Below are positions 24,336 to 34,714 of a DNA stretch of 64,000 nucleotides, piece after piece (within the stretch, counting starts at the first letter, position 1; every line of letters begins with the position of its first letter). Location: the NCBI GenBank assembly GCA_934129885.1, contig CAKOWU010000001.1, positions 19,750 to 83,749 of the forward strand. Direction: 5' to 3'. The notes under the pieces were generated by a model. That model was not told where the DNA came from. It worked only from the letters and a program-made list of their open reading frames with translations, and searched no databases. The DNA comes from an uncultured Bacilli bacterium (GTDB taxonomy: Bacteria; Bacillota_I; Bacilli_A; RF39; UBA660). The position numbers were made by a program, and so were the translations under genes.

Positions 24336-26903
24336 CTATACTCCACCTATAATGTCCTTTTTTCTTAAATATAGTTTTCTTATGAAGTCAATAGGTACCA
24401 CTAGGAAGGATAGTATGAGCATAAATTCAAATTGCCATAGGGTAAGACCATAGGTTCTAAACATATCGCCGCCATAATATATTAAACTTACTTGGACTAT
24501 GATTATAAATATTATTACTAGCAAAAAGGCTTTGTTTTTTAAAATGTTTGATAAAAGGTTTAATCTATGCGTTCTAGCATTAAAACTATTAAATATACTT
24601 ATGAATATAAATAGGCCGAAGAAGGCGGTAAGAAATGTTTTATCATTACCATAGACGTTATATATTGGTGAGAATTTTAAGAAAAAGATACATAGCAAGG
24701 CAGATAGGCCTCCTGTTATGAGGATTTCTCCTAGCATATATTTATTGATAATCATTTCGTTTTTTGTTTTGGGTTTTTCATGCATGTATTCTTTTAAGGC
24801 AGGTTCATAGGAGAAAGCAATTCCAGCGAGGGTATCCATTACCATGTTTATCCATAGCATTTGAATTACGGTAACTGGGGTATCTACCCCGATAAAAGGA
24901 CCAATAATGGAGATACTTACGGCACAGAGGTTTACGGTTAATTGAAAGATTATGAATTTCCTAATGCTTTTGAATATTGTTCTGCCATATAGGATGGCAT
25001 TTGATATAGATAAGAGGTTATCGTCTAGGATTATGATGTCACTGGCTTCTTTGGCAACTTCAGTCCCACTACCCATGGCGAAACCGACGTCGGCTTTTTT
25101 TAGTGCTGGTGCGTCGTTTACGCCATCACCAGTCATACCGACTACGTATCCCATTTCCCTAGATATTTTAACTAATCTACTTTTATCGTTTGGCAAGGCT
25201 CTAGCGATTACTTTAATATTTGATAAGATTTTTTTTAGGCCTTCATCACTTAATTTATTTAAGTCTTCACTACTTAAGACGAGGTCGTTATTACTTTTTA
25301 TTAGACCGACTTCAGTCCCAATGGCTTTGGCGGTTTCTAGGTTATCGCCAGTTATCATTATGGTGTTTACACCAGCATTTTTTATTAGAGTTAAACCTTC
25401 TATGGCTGACGGTCTTACTTCGTCTTTGATATATACAAGTCCTACTAACGAAAGTCTATCAAATCGACTATATGAGTCTGCGGTGGCATACGCGAGTACT
25501 CTTATACCTTTTTTGGTTATTTCGTTTATTTGTTTTTTTAATTTTTGACTGTGGAAAAAGCCTTTTTTTATGTTACCTTCATAGTAATGGCTACATCTTT
25601 TTAGGATTACTTCTGGGGCACCTTTAATAAGGTTATATTCTTTGCCGTTATGTTTTACTTTTGAACACATGAATTTACGTTCACTAGAGAATGGTATTGT
25701 GTCTAGTTTGGTTATGTCCATTTTACCGGTGAAGAATTTTAAAAGAGCTCTATCGGTTATGTTGCCTCCGATGGCTTTACCTTCACTATAGGTACTGGCG
25801 TTATTACCAGTAAGGGAAAGTCTAACCATTTTATAGAATGGTTTATTTTTTTTCAGAGTCTCTTCGTCATAATAGGTTTTACCATTCGGGTCTACGATAC
25901 CTACGACTTCTAAATGACCTTTGGTTATGGTTCCAGTTTTATCGGTAAATAAGATATTGATGTTACCGGCGGTTTCTATACCCATTAGTTTTCTTACTAA
26001 AACATTACTTTTTAACATGCGTTTCATATTTGATGATAGTACTAGGGTAATCATCATTGGCAAGCCTTCTGGGACGGCGACGACGATTATGGTTACACTT
26101 AAGGTAAGGGCGTGCAGAAGATAGGCAAACATTAGTGGAAAGTTACTTAGGGTGTTCATTATTAGTTCACTATCGAATTTATTATCTATTACAATGACGG
26201 AGAATAGGTAAGATAGGGTTACTAGGGCGGCACCAATGTATCCTAATTTACTTATTTGTCCGGCTAGGTGGGTCAGTCTAATTTTTAAGGGACTTGTGGG
26301 TTTTTTTTCGCTGGCTTCTTTGGCAAGGTTACCATATAGGGTATGGTCCCCTACTTTTTCTACTTCCATATATCCTTCACCGTTATATACTACGGATGAA
26401 CGATAAAGGGCACTATCTCTTTTTTTGGTTATTTCTTTGGTTTCACCATTTAAATTGGATTCATTAACGGAGATAGTTCCTTTGATTAGTTTGCCGTCGG
26501 CTGGGATTTGGTCGCCTGCTTCTAGGTGAATTATATCTCCTACTACGACGTTTCCTATTTCTACTTCATCCAGTTTGTTATTTCTTATGACTTTGGTCAT
26601 TATTTTTGAGGCATCTTCTTGAAGTTTATCAAAGGCTTTTTCACTGCCGTATTCGGAGATGCTTGAGATGAATGACGCTAAAAAGATGGCGATTACTATT
26701 CCTATGGTTTCGTACCAGTCAAAGTCTTGAAATAAGAATAATGTTTTTATGGCAAGGGCGATTAACAGTATTTTGATAATGGGGTCGCCAAGAGAAGCGA
26801 TAAGTAGTTTTAAAAAATTATCACGCTCACTGACGGTTATTTGGTTATTTCCATATTTTTTTCTTGCTTTAATTACTTCATTTGTATCTAATCCTTTTTT
26901 CAT
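24336..26903 (-). CDS. P-type Ca2+-transporting ATPase (P2A/P2B type)
   Basis: 855 aa with the phosphorylation motif DKTGTITKG, plus TGDN and the GDGVNDAPALKKADVGFAMG hinge. It has a PEGLP-type TM4 (VPEGLPMM) and 10 TM segments. Confidence 0.92.
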   Translation of the reverse strand: MKKGLDTNEVIKARKKYGNNQITVSERDNFLKLLIASLGDPIIKILLIALAIKTLFLFQDFDWYETIGIVIAIFLASFISSISEYGSEKAFDKLQEDASKIMTKVIRNNKLDEVEIGNVVVGDIIHLEAGDQIPADGKLIKGTISVNESNLNGETKEITKKRDSALYRSSVVYNGEGYMEVEKVGDHTLYGNLAKEASEKKPTSPLKIRLTHLAGQISKLGYIGAALVTLSYLFSVIVIDNKFDSELIMNTLSNFPLMFAYLLHALTLSVTIIVVAVPEGLPMMITLVLSSNMKRMLKSNVLVRKLMGIETAGNINILFTDKTGTITKGHLEVVGIVDPNGKTYYDEETLKKNKPFYKMVRLSLTGNNASTYSEGKAIGGNITDRALLKFFTGKMDITKLDTIPFSSERKFMCSKVKHNGKEYNLIKGAPEVILKRCSHYYEGNIKKGFFHSQKLKKQINEITKKGIRVLAYATADSYSRFDRLSLVGLVYIKDEVRPSAIEGLTLIKNAGVNTIMITGDNLETAKAIGTEVGLIKSNNDLVLSSEDLNKLSDEGLKKILSNIKVIARALPNDKSRLVKISREMGYVVGMTGDGVNDAPALKKADVGFAMGSGTEVAKEASDIIILDDNLLSISNAILYGRTIFKSIRKFIIFQLTVNLCAVSISIIGPFIGVDTPVTVIQMLWINMVMDTLAGIAFSYEPALKEYMHEKPKTKNEMIINKYMLGEILITGGLSALLCIFFLKFSPIYNVYGNDKTFLTAFFGLFIFISIFNSFNARTHRLNLLSNILKNKAFLLVIIFIIIVQVSLIYYGGDMFRTYGLTLWQFEFMLILSFLVVPIDFIRKLYLRKKDIIGGV

Positions 26904-27057
26904 AATGGGCCTCCTATAAAAAATTATTAGGTGGCGTTTAATTTAATAACTAAAATTAGTAAACAAAAAAAGACAAAAGAACACAGACTACATAGTAAGT
27001 TCTTTAGAAAAGAACTTTTTTATATTTCTATGAAATTTTTATCTTTTATTATATTAT

Positions 27058-27574
27058 TTATCTTGTTTTATTAGAGTAAACTTTATTGTCTTCTAAAGTA
27101 CGTTCTAACGCATTTACTATACTTCTATCTAGTTTAGGGTTTGCTTCGTCTGATAATTTATATAGTATATGCATAGCCTGATTATTGGTGTGTTTATCTT
27201 TTTTCTTTAATAATTCTGGTATTACGGTTAGACCATCTTCACTTTGGGTTATCATTTGTAATATTTTTTGAGTATTACCTATAATCGCACTATCTAATAT
27301 TCTTCTCTTACTTTCTTCTATGCTTTTTTCGTTATTAAAACAAACGGTACTAGGATTTTCTATTTGAGCTTTGGTTACAATTAACGAAGATGCACCACAG
27401 TATTGTTTTATTTTTTCTAGCGTTTCATCATTCTTTTTGGTTAAGATTATATCAGGCTGATTTAATAATTCATTGCCTAATATATCTTCAATTTCTTTTT
27501 TTCTTGTACACTCAATCTATAAAAACCAATACGAAAGTTTGGGTTGAAATTTTGCGATAATTCATTATATTTCA
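27058..27574 (-). pseudogene. Hypothetical gene split by a frameshift at an A7 tract
   Basis: ATG 27574 gives MKYNELSQNFNPNFRIGFYRLSVQEKK, then stops. The +/-1 frame continues EIEDILGNELLNQPDIILTKK...MITQSEDGL.. into track ORF 27058..27255. The shift site is the A7 run (plus-strand T7 at 27496..27502). Confidence 0.4.
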
Positions 27575-27594
27575 TATTTCTACCTGACTTTCTT

Positions 27595-27933
27595 TTATAT
27601 TAGTCCTTCTTCTTTTAATAGGTTATAAATACATGAGTAACTTCTTTTGTTATAGAAGTGACAGAATTTTCTAATGCTGACGCTACTACGCTTATATAAA
27701 TCTATGATATATTGTCTTTCTTTTTCGTCCATAACGTTAGAGGGGGTGCGATGTTTATTGCCATGTTCAAGTTTAACGGTACCGTCGATTACTTCTTGTT
27801 TTAGTTTTAGAATATATTTGGGGTGATATCCTGTGATGCATGCGATTTCGTTATATTCTAAGTATGTTTCGTTATTTAGTTTTTTTTGTATTAAGTCAAC
27901 TGCTTGTTGTCTTTTATCAGTGGTATATTTCAT
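27595..27933 (-). CDS. HTH protein resembling the N-terminus of IS (ISNCY/IS481-type) transposases; no catalytic domain present
   Basis: Sequence MKYTTDKRQQAVDLI..IACITGYHPKYILKLKQE..LEHGNKHRTPSNVMDEKERQYIIDLYKR. From memory, the HGN.xR.PxN pattern is typical of such transposase N-termini. The likely start is ATG 27933, after GAGGGTGAGGG. Confidence 0.35.
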   Translation of the reverse strand: MKYTTDKRQQAVDLIQKKLNNETYLEYNEIACITGYHPKYILKLKQEVIDGTVKLEHGNKHRTPSNVMDEKERQYIIDLYKRSSVSIRKFCHFYNKRSYSCIYNLLKEEGLI

Positions 27934-28003
27934 ATTTTCCCTCACCCTCTTTGTTACATTATACCACCAAGGGGGATAAATATTGTCAAAAAAAGACGAA
28001 TTT

Positions 28004-30151
28004 TTACTTTTTCGCCTTATTTTTAGCCTGTTTTGTGGCTTTTTTATTTGTTTTTTGACTATTTTTAGGTTTTGGTGTAGTTTTAATTGTTTCTTTTTGG
28101 ACTACACTTTTACTTTGCTTTTCTTCGCTATTTTTCTTTTCCTTTTTTATTTTGTAAATTTCTCTTACTATTACTAGTAGGCTGAAGAATACAAATATTA
28201 ATAATAGAATTGTTACATCTTTGGTCAAGAAATTACTGTTGATGTTTACGAATGACTCTCTTAATAGATCAACTGAATAGGTCATTGGCATGAATGGATA
28301 GATTGCTTTATATAAAGCAGGTTCTGTTTCTATTGGGAATGTTCCACCACAAGACGCAAGTTGAAGTACAAGGAATACGATTGCGAGGAATTTACCAACG
28401 TCGCCAAATACGAATATTAGAAAGGTAATTATTGATAAGAATGCAGCAGATATTAGGATACAACTTCCGTAGTATAGGGTTAGATTTGTAACTTCAAAAC
28501 CTAAACATGTTTTTAAGATGAAGCCTAATGCAATGGCTTGAACAGCTGCGAAGGCTGCATAACCAAGTAATCTAAATACACGGTGTTTGGTATCTCTGCC
28601 TAATATTTTAAATCTATTTTCAGGATCATAATATAATCCGATTAATACTAGTAACCCACCTATCCATAGTGATAGTGACATGAAGTATGGAGAGAAGAAG
28701 ATACCATAGGTATTAACGTCTCCATAGCTATCGGTTTTGGTTGTTACGGCAGATGCGGTATGTTTATCTAGTCCGTCTAATTTATCGGTTTGTTCTTTGG
28801 TTTCGCTAATAGATTTATCTACTTCTTCTTTGGCTGTGTTTACACCGTCTTTTAGGGTATTTGTTCCATCGTTTAAGGCTGCGGCACCGCTATCTAATGA
28901 GGCAATACCGTTTGACACTTCTTTTGAACCACTACTTAAGGTATTTAGACCACTATTTAGACTACCAATACCGTCATATACGCTTTTTGAGTTATCTTTA
29001 AGTTGTCCTAGTCCGTTTGCGAGCGTGTCAATGCCATCTTTTAGGGCTGCGAGGTCAGATGTTTGTGAGTTTAATGTACCTAAACCTTCGTTTAGGCTTG
29101 CAGCACCATTATTTAGGTTATCTTTAGCAAGTTTAAGATATTGTTGTGCGGTTAACATGGTAACATTACCATTTGCATCTTTTACTGGATAGGTTTTGTT
29201 ATTTACGAAAGCATTTGCAGCACTACATAATCCTGTTAGGTTAGCATCCATAGTAACGTTGTTTACAGTTAATACTGTACAATAGTTATTTAAATTCTCA
29301 TATATAGTAAGAGCATTACTAACTGATGTAGTATATTCATCAAGTCCAGTTGCTAAAGTACTTGACCCTGCACTTAAGTTATTTACTCCACTTACTAATT
29401 CTGGCAAGGCATTTGTTTTTTCTTTTAGAAGAGCAGCTCCATTATAAGCATTATTAATGCCTTCATCAAATTTACCATATAAGGTATAGAGTTTAGCACT
29501 ACCAGATAAAGCGGTAGTTACACCATTATCAAATGTATTATAACTATTTTTTAGGGTACTTGTTCCATTTTTTAAGGTAGTAGTACCATTATTTAATGTG
29601 GTTACACCCTCAGATATTGTACCGAGGCCGTCACTTATTTGTTGTGTTTTTTCTGGTACACTTTGAAGGTTAGATGTTAGTGTTCCAACTACTTCTTCGG
29701 TAACGCTTTTTTCTACTGTCATCTGTACTTCTTTCATGGCTGACGCTAGTATTTGTGACGCTAGATAGTTTGATTTAGTATTTGGTCTATATGTTATTGT
29801 TGCTTGTTTTTTATTTTTTTCACTGGCACTTAATAAGTCCTTGGTGAAATCATCTGGTATTTTTATTATTGCGTAGTATTTTTCATCTACTAGGCCGTCT
29901 TCAGCCTTTTCTGCGGATACCTCATCAAAATCAAAGGTATCATTTTTTAATAGTTCTTTGGTGAATTCGTCACCTTTACACTGGTTATCAACGCATTTAT
30001 CTTCGTTTACGATCGCTACTGGAACATTATTTAATGAGTTATATGGGTCCCAGAAACCACCTAAATAAAATAGGCTATAAACTAGTGGTAATACGATAAC
30101 TCCCACGATTATTATTAATCTTTTTTTAGTTATTTTATCCATATTATTCAT
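28004..30151 (-). CDS. YhgE/Pip domain membrane protein (phage-infection-protein family)
   Basis: 715 aa with an N-terminal TM segment and a long extracellular coiled region with repeated LxxGxxxLxxG heptad-like repeats. A C-terminal ABC-2-like 5-TM bundle is followed by a Lys-rich tail. Confidence 0.8.
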   Translation of the reverse strand: MNNMDKITKKRLIIIVGVIVLPLVYSLFYLGGFWDPYNSLNNVPVAIVNEDKCVDNQCKGDEFTKELLKNDTFDFDEVSAEKAEDGLVDEKYYAIIKIPDDFTKDLLSASEKNKKQATITYRPNTKSNYLASQILASAMKEVQMTVEKSVTEEVVGTLTSNLQSVPEKTQQISDGLGTISEGVTTLNNGTTTLKNGTSTLKNSYNTFDNGVTTALSGSAKLYTLYGKFDEGINNAYNGAALLKEKTNALPELVSGVNNLSAGSSTLATGLDEYTTSVSNALTIYENLNNYCTVLTVNNVTMDANLTGLCSAANAFVNNKTYPVKDANGNVTMLTAQQYLKLAKDNLNNGAASLNEGLGTLNSQTSDLAALKDGIDTLANGLGQLKDNSKSVYDGIGSLNSGLNTLSSGSKEVSNGIASLDSGAAALNDGTNTLKDGVNTAKEEVDKSISETKEQTDKLDGLDKHTASAVTTKTDSYGDVNTYGIFFSPYFMSLSLWIGGLLVLIGLYYDPENRFKILGRDTKHRVFRLLGYAAFAAVQAIALGFILKTCLGFEVTNLTLYYGSCILISAAFLSIITFLIFVFGDVGKFLAIVFLVLQLASCGGTFPIETEPALYKAIYPFMPMTYSVDLLRESFVNINSNFLTKDVTILLLIFVFFSLLVIVREIYKIKKEKKNSEEKQSKSVVQKETIKTTPKPKNSQKTNKKATKQAKNKAKK

Positions 30152-30695
30152 CCCCCTGTTTGATAATACCTTCAGTTAATACTAAAGTTAACTGCGTGGA
30201 AATGGCTTTTTTATCAAGTTTTCCTTTCCATTCGAATTTTAAAGCAACATATACTTTATAGATGATAAAAGCGGTAATAGATGTGTCACACTTTTTTAAA
30301 TAGCCATCTTTTATGGCAAGATCTAATTTTTCTTTGATACTTTTTACTACTTCTTCTGTGAATATTTCTAGGCAGTTACTGGTATACCTATTTTCTTTTT
30401 CAAAGGCGGATAGTAGTTTAGAATTTACTTGATAATCAAGAGTTGAAATCATCATTTCATGTAGTTTTGACGAGAAAGGTATATCTTTCTTATTGATGTC
30501 ATCACATATTTTGTTGATGTTGTTTAACTCTTCATAGAGAAAATATTTTATTAGTTCGTCTTTATCTTTAAAATATGAATATATTGTTTTTTTAGTAACG
30601 TTTGCTTCTTTGGCAAGTTCGTCCATGCTTATACGATAGCCGTACTTGCTGAAAAGCTCTCTAGCTGTTTCAATTACTTTTTCTTTTTTACTCAT
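30144..30695 (-). CDS. TetR/AcrR family transcriptional regulator
   Basis: 183 aa with the N-terminal HTH ARELFSKYGYRISMDELAKEANVTKKTIYSYFKDKDEL. It overlaps the start of the YhgE gene by 8 nt. Confidence 0.9.
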   Translation of the reverse strand: MSKKEKVIETARELFSKYGYRISMDELAKEANVTKKTIYSYFKDKDELIKYFLYEELNNINKICDDINKKDIPFSSKLHEMMISTLDYQVNSKLLSAFEKENRYTSNCLEIFTEEVVKSIKEKLDLAIKDGYLKKCDTSITAFIIYKVYVALKFEWKGKLDKKAISTQLTLVLTEGIIKQGDE

Positions 30696-30792
30696 AACAC
30701 CACTTCCAATAAAAATACACTAATATACCAAAAAAGTATACCCGTATAGTATATGCTTTTAGTTTTCAAATGTCAACAATAAATTTCTTTTT

Positions 30793-32547
30793 TTATGAAT
30801 TTTGGTGTGTTTTTGTTAATTTTTGACACTTTTTACACTCATAATACAGTGCTTTGTCTTTTACTTTGTAGTATAGGGTACTGCCGCAGCCCGAACAAGG
30901 GGTAGGATTTGCTTTTATGGTTACATTTTTATTTTCTAGCAGTTCTTCTACGAAAATGGAAGGATTTTGTTTATTTACTAGAAGATAGTTACTGTTTTTG
31001 GTTCTAGTTAGGGCAACATAAAATAATCTACGTTCTTCGGCATATGGGTATTCTTCTTTAAGTTCTGTGACGTATTTAAAGACGTCGTCTAACTCTACCC
31101 TACTTGGAAAGCCGTCTACTTTATTTATGAGATTTGTGATAATGACGCTGTCGCTTTCTAGTCCTTTGGATTTATGAACGGTTAGATATTTGATGTTTTG
31201 CTTTGACAATTTTATATCTTTTATGTCTTTATTATTTCTGCCTAGAAACATAACTGTGCCTTTAGGCAGGTCATATATAACTTTTTCTATTACTTCTTTT
31301 ATATCTTTATCATAATAATAGATATTTATAGGAGATAAATTTTCTTTATCTGATGCAAGTTCCTTTTTTATTTGATGAGGATTTTTCATAATAAAGTTAC
31401 CTGATATGTCTAATAGATTTTGACTATTTCTATATGTTTTATTTAAGAAAAAGGTTTCTGAATACGGGAAGTATGTTTTAAAATCTAAAAAGGGTTTTAA
31501 GTTTGAGCCTGTAAATTTATAAATACTTTGAAAATCATCACCTACCGCGATTATTTTAGCCCCTGTTTTGGCTTTTAGTGCTTTTAAAAGTTCGCATTTG
31601 GTGGGTGAGATGTCTTGGTATTCATCTACTATGATATATTTATATTTTTTTATATTTGCTGTTTTTATAGTGTCTAGGGCTAGGTTTATCATATCATTAA
31701 AATCAATTTTGTTTTGAGTAGACAGGTTATCGTTATAACGTTTATATATGTTTTTTGTAAGGGCTAAAAAGTTAGTTGTGGCTTTTCTTTTGGGAAGGTT
31801 TAATTCTCTACTAGCATCTTTTATAAAATAGTCAAAGTCCACTGAAGACATATTGTTTGATTTAAAAATGGTTATAAACCTATGTATTTTATTTTTTAGG
31901 TTTATATAAAGATTTGAGGCGAAGAAGATATGTTTTTGGAGAAGGTATATATCTTTATCGTTTTTGGTTAGGCCTTTATTATTAAATGATACGAAAATGT
32001 TTTGAGTATATAGTTTTAGGGTTTTATTATTAAAATACGTCATGCGGTGAATAATATCTTTTAGGCTATCATCTGTACTGCATATATATTTTATACCGTT
32101 ATGCTTTAAGATGTTTAGACTTAATTTATGGAATGTAACGGCTTTAACGCCAAGTTTATGCTTTTTACATCTATCGTTTATGTTGTCGCAGGCGTCGTTT
32201 GTTAATGATAGACATAATATTTCACTTTGGGGGATTCCTTTTTTTACAAGATAGATAATTTTTCCGATAATGGTTAGGGTTTTACCTGTGCCAGCACCGG
32301 CGATTATTAGGGCGTCTTCGTCTTTAAGAATTATTTTTCTTTGTTCTTCATCTAGTGAATAACCATTAACGTTATCAAAAATGGGATTATTGATATTTTC
32401 TTGGATGAATTTTTGATTAGTATGTTTTACTTTTTTTAGGTATTTATGATATTTAAGGTAGTTAATAGGGAAAATATGTTTTTGATAAAGTTTTTGTTTT
32501 TCTTTATATATTTGCTCTTTTGATATGTACAAAAAAATCACCTCCAT
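30793..32547 (-). CDS. UvrD/Rep-family (helicase IV-like) DNA helicase with C-terminal zinc ribbon
   Basis: 584 aa with Walker A AGAGTGKT, motif II VDEYQD, and the YRNS and TVHKSKGLE motifs. The C-terminus has CSGCGS..(x15)..CKKC. Confidence 0.8.
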   Translation of the reverse strand: MEVIFLYISKEQIYKEKQKLYQKHIFPINYLKYHKYLKKVKHTNQKFIQENINNPIFDNVNGYSLDEEQRKIILKDEDALIIAGAGTGKTLTIIGKIIYLVKKGIPQSEILCLSLTNDACDNINDRCKKHKLGVKAVTFHKLSLNILKHNGIKYICSTDDSLKDIIHRMTYFNNKTLKLYTQNIFVSFNNKGLTKNDKDIYLLQKHIFFASNLYINLKNKIHRFITIFKSNNMSSVDFDYFIKDASRELNLPKRKATTNFLALTKNIYKRYNDNLSTQNKIDFNDMINLALDTIKTANIKKYKYIIVDEYQDISPTKCELLKALKAKTGAKIIAVGDDFQSIYKFTGSNLKPFLDFKTYFPYSETFFLNKTYRNSQNLLDISGNFIMKNPHQIKKELASDKENLSPINIYYYDKDIKEVIEKVIYDLPKGTVMFLGRNNKDIKDIKLSKQNIKYLTVHKSKGLESDSVIITNLINKVDGFPSRVELDDVFKYVTELKEEYPYAEERRLFYVALTRTKNSNYLLVNKQNPSIFVEELLENKNVTIKANPTPCSGCGSTLYYKVKDKALYYECKKCQKLTKTHQNS

Positions 32548-32583
32548 AGTTAATATACTATATAAGTGATTAAATTTCTTCTT

Positions 32584-32931
32584 TTATAAGGTAAAAACTG
32601 AATTTCCCAAATTCATAAATATGTAAATGGTGCTGACGATGGCGCCGCTGGCGAAAGCGATTATTAGGCCAAATATAATGTTGGTGGCAAAACCATTGTT
32701 GCTCATGCCTGGGTAACTACTATGGTCTACTCTTTGGGCTTGGGCACTTTTGGTATAACTTTTTCCTGCGGAGTTACTACTACTTACGGTATTTGTGTTC
32801 GTCATTTCGTTACCATATTCGCTGAATACTTCTTTTAAGCCTTTTAGTTCTTCTAAATTAAGTTTATCAATACTTAAGTCAGTTATTGGTTTTGTTTCTT
32901 CTAATTCATCCTTTTTTTCTATTCCATCCAT
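32584..32931 (-). CDS. Hypothetical tail-anchored membrane protein
   Basis: 115 aa with an acidic N-terminus, a Ser/Asn-rich middle and a single C-terminal TM segment (IIFGLIIAFASGAIVSTIYIF). Confidence 0.45.
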   Translation of the reverse strand: MDGIEKKDELEETKPITDLSIDKLNLEELKGLKEVFSEYGNEMTNTNTVSSSNSAGKSYTKSAQAQRVDHSSYPGMSNNGFATNIIFGLIIAFASGAIVSTIYIFMNLGNSVFTL

Positions 32932-33000
32932 GAACTATCCCTCTATTCTATTTGTATTATATCACAGGCCTTTAAAATTAACAATATGGTGTGTAAAGTA

Positions 33001-34245
33001 TTAGTCTACAAAGTTTTTTATGATGTTTTTGGCGGCTTCTCTTCCGGTTCTAGCGGCCCAAGCGACAGAGGCTATGGTTTTTGTTACGTCGCCGCCTGCG
33101 TATATTTGGTCATTGCTTGTTTTATATGTGTTATCTATTTTGATTTTATTATTATCTAGTTCTAATCCTAGGTTTTGCACTATGTCTTCAGTTTTTGAGC
33201 CAATAGCCATTACGACGTAGTTACATTTTAGTGAGAAGTCGCTACCGACTATTTCTTCTGGGGCTGGTCTACCGTTTTCTACTGGTACTAGTTTGTTTTT
33301 GGTACAGTGGATGCTTGCAACTTTATTTTGGCCTTTTATTTCTTTTATGTTCGTTTTAAATTGGAATACTATGCCGTCTTTTTTGGCAGCTTCGATTTCT
33401 TTACTATCGGCGGACATATCTTTTTCATCCCTACGATAGACGATTGTGACGTTTTTGGCGCCAAGTCTTTTTATGGTACGTGCTATATCCATGGCAACGT
33501 TTCCACCGCCTGATACGATGACTGTTTTATTTTTATATTTAGGATGATTTTTATATTCTAGTAGTTCGTTACCACTATAAACGCCTTCTAGGTTTTCGCC
33601 TTTAATATTCATTTTAGCACCTATGTTGGCACCTATACCGATGAATATTTTATCGTATTCTTGTTTTAGGGTCTTTAAGTTTATGTTTTCACCTAGTGTC
33701 ATGTTGTATTTTACTTCGATAGGAAGGCCTAGTATTTTGTTTATGGTGTTTTTTAGTGTATCTTTTTTTAGTCTAAAGTCTGGTATACCGTGTTTAAGCA
33801 AGCCTCCTAGGTAATCATGCTTTTCATATATTGTTACGTCTATGCCATTCATAGCTAGGAAAGCTGCACAGGTTAGTCCGGCTGGGCCGCCCCCTATTAC
33901 GGCGACTTTTTTATTTATTTTTTTATTTTTAGGGAGTGTCCATTCATTTTTTATGGACATATCGCCGATGAAGGCTTCTAGGTGCCCTATTTTTACAGGA
34001 TGCTCTTTTGTGTTTCTAGCACAGCCGCCTTCACACTGCCTTGAATGCGGGCATATTCTACCGCATATGGCAGGAAGCACTGTGGATGCACAAAGGATTT
34101 CATAGGCTTTTTTATATTCTTTATTTTTTATTTGTTTAATAAAGCCTGGTATATCATTTTGAAGTGGACACGCAAATTTACAGTGTGGCATTTCACACTG
34201 CATACACTTACTAGCCCATGCTTCTACCCATTCTATTTTTCCCAT
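33001..34245 (-). CDS. GltD-family NAD(P)H-dependent FAD/Fe-S oxidoreductase (glutamate synthase small-chain-like)
   Basis: 414 aa with N-terminal Cys clusters (CxxCxxPxCxxxCP-like), the FAD fold VAVIGGGPAGL and the NAD(P) fold VIVSGGGNVAMD. Confidence 0.8.
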   Translation of the reverse strand: MGKIEWVEAWASKCMQCEMPHCKFACPLQNDIPGFIKQIKNKEYKKAYEILCASTVLPAICGRICPHSRQCEGGCARNTKEHPVKIGHLEAFIGDMSIKNEWTLPKNKKINKKVAVIGGGPAGLTCAAFLAMNGIDVTIYEKHDYLGGLLKHGIPDFRLKKDTLKNTINKILGLPIEVKYNMTLGENINLKTLKQEYDKIFIGIGANIGAKMNIKGENLEGVYSGNELLEYKNHPKYKNKTVIVSGGGNVAMDIARTIKRLGAKNVTIVYRRDEKDMSADSKEIEAAKKDGIVFQFKTNIKEIKGQNKVASIHCTKNKLVPVENGRPAPEEIVGSDFSLKCNYVVMAIGSKTEDIVQNLGLELDNNKIKIDNTYKTSNDQIYAGGDVTKTIASVAWAARTGREAAKNIIKNFVD

Positions 34246-34514
34246 ACGCCACTTCCTATTCTAACCATAATTATAGCATGGATAGTTTTTTATGTAAATT
34301 GTTATATGGCAATCGCACAAAACTCTGAATTTAACAAAAATATAGTCAAAATTTATTGATAAGATTTTAAAATCATCACTATTATCATATGAATTTCCGG
34401 TTTTCAGAAATTAAATCAAAACCGTTGCATTTAAATACTATACTATGTTATTATGGCTTCAGATATTTGATAGTTAGATGGCTGCCAAACTCTTTTTTTA
34501 TTGAGGAAGGTGGT

Positions 34515-34601
34515 ATGATGACAAAGAAGGATTTTTTAATCTCCGTTTTGGTCTTTATGATTTTTCTTTTAATAGCACTACTTTTTATAGTTTTGATATA
34601 A
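34515..34601 (+). CDS. 28 aa hydrophobic peptide, candidate type I toxin
   Basis: RBS GAGGAAGGTGG, then ATGATG, gives MMTKKDFLISVLVFMIFLLIALLFIVLI plus TAA. A candidate promoter is TTGCAT-18-TATTAT at about 34427..34456. The 3' hairpin is CCATCTAA(n12)TTAGATGG at 34610..34637. Confidence 0.4.
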   Translation: MMTKKDFLISVLVFMIFLLIALLFIVLI

Positions 34602-34714
34602 AGAAAACACCATCTAACTCTGGCTTGAATTAGATGGTACAAACATTTTTTGGCAACATCTGACGCAGAAATATCAAATGTTCCTCTTTTTATTTTATGA
34701 GGAAATCCTCATCT
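34600..34714 (-). ncRNA. Candidate convergent antisense sRNA (antitoxin) overlapping the 3' end of the small-peptide mRNA
   Basis: Minus-strand promoter TTGTTA (34749..34744), 17 nt spacer, TAAAAT (34726..34721). The transcript would run through the hairpin ATGAGGAtttCCTCAT. It would end at the shared hairpin CCATCTAA..TTAGATGG followed by TGTTTTCTTT. Confidence 0.25.

Noticed and set aside
26996-27020. The hairpin AAGTTCTTT-aga-AAAGAACTT as a terminator
   Set aside because: Its T-run is on the plus strand, where no gene ends. On the minus strand it is not followed by a U-tract. I left it unannotated as ambiguous.
27595-27945. An active insertion sequence at 27.0-28.0 kb
   Set aside because: Only an HTH-type N-terminal module is present. 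I could not see a DDE/DEDD catalytic domain, terminal inverted repeats or a target-site duplication.
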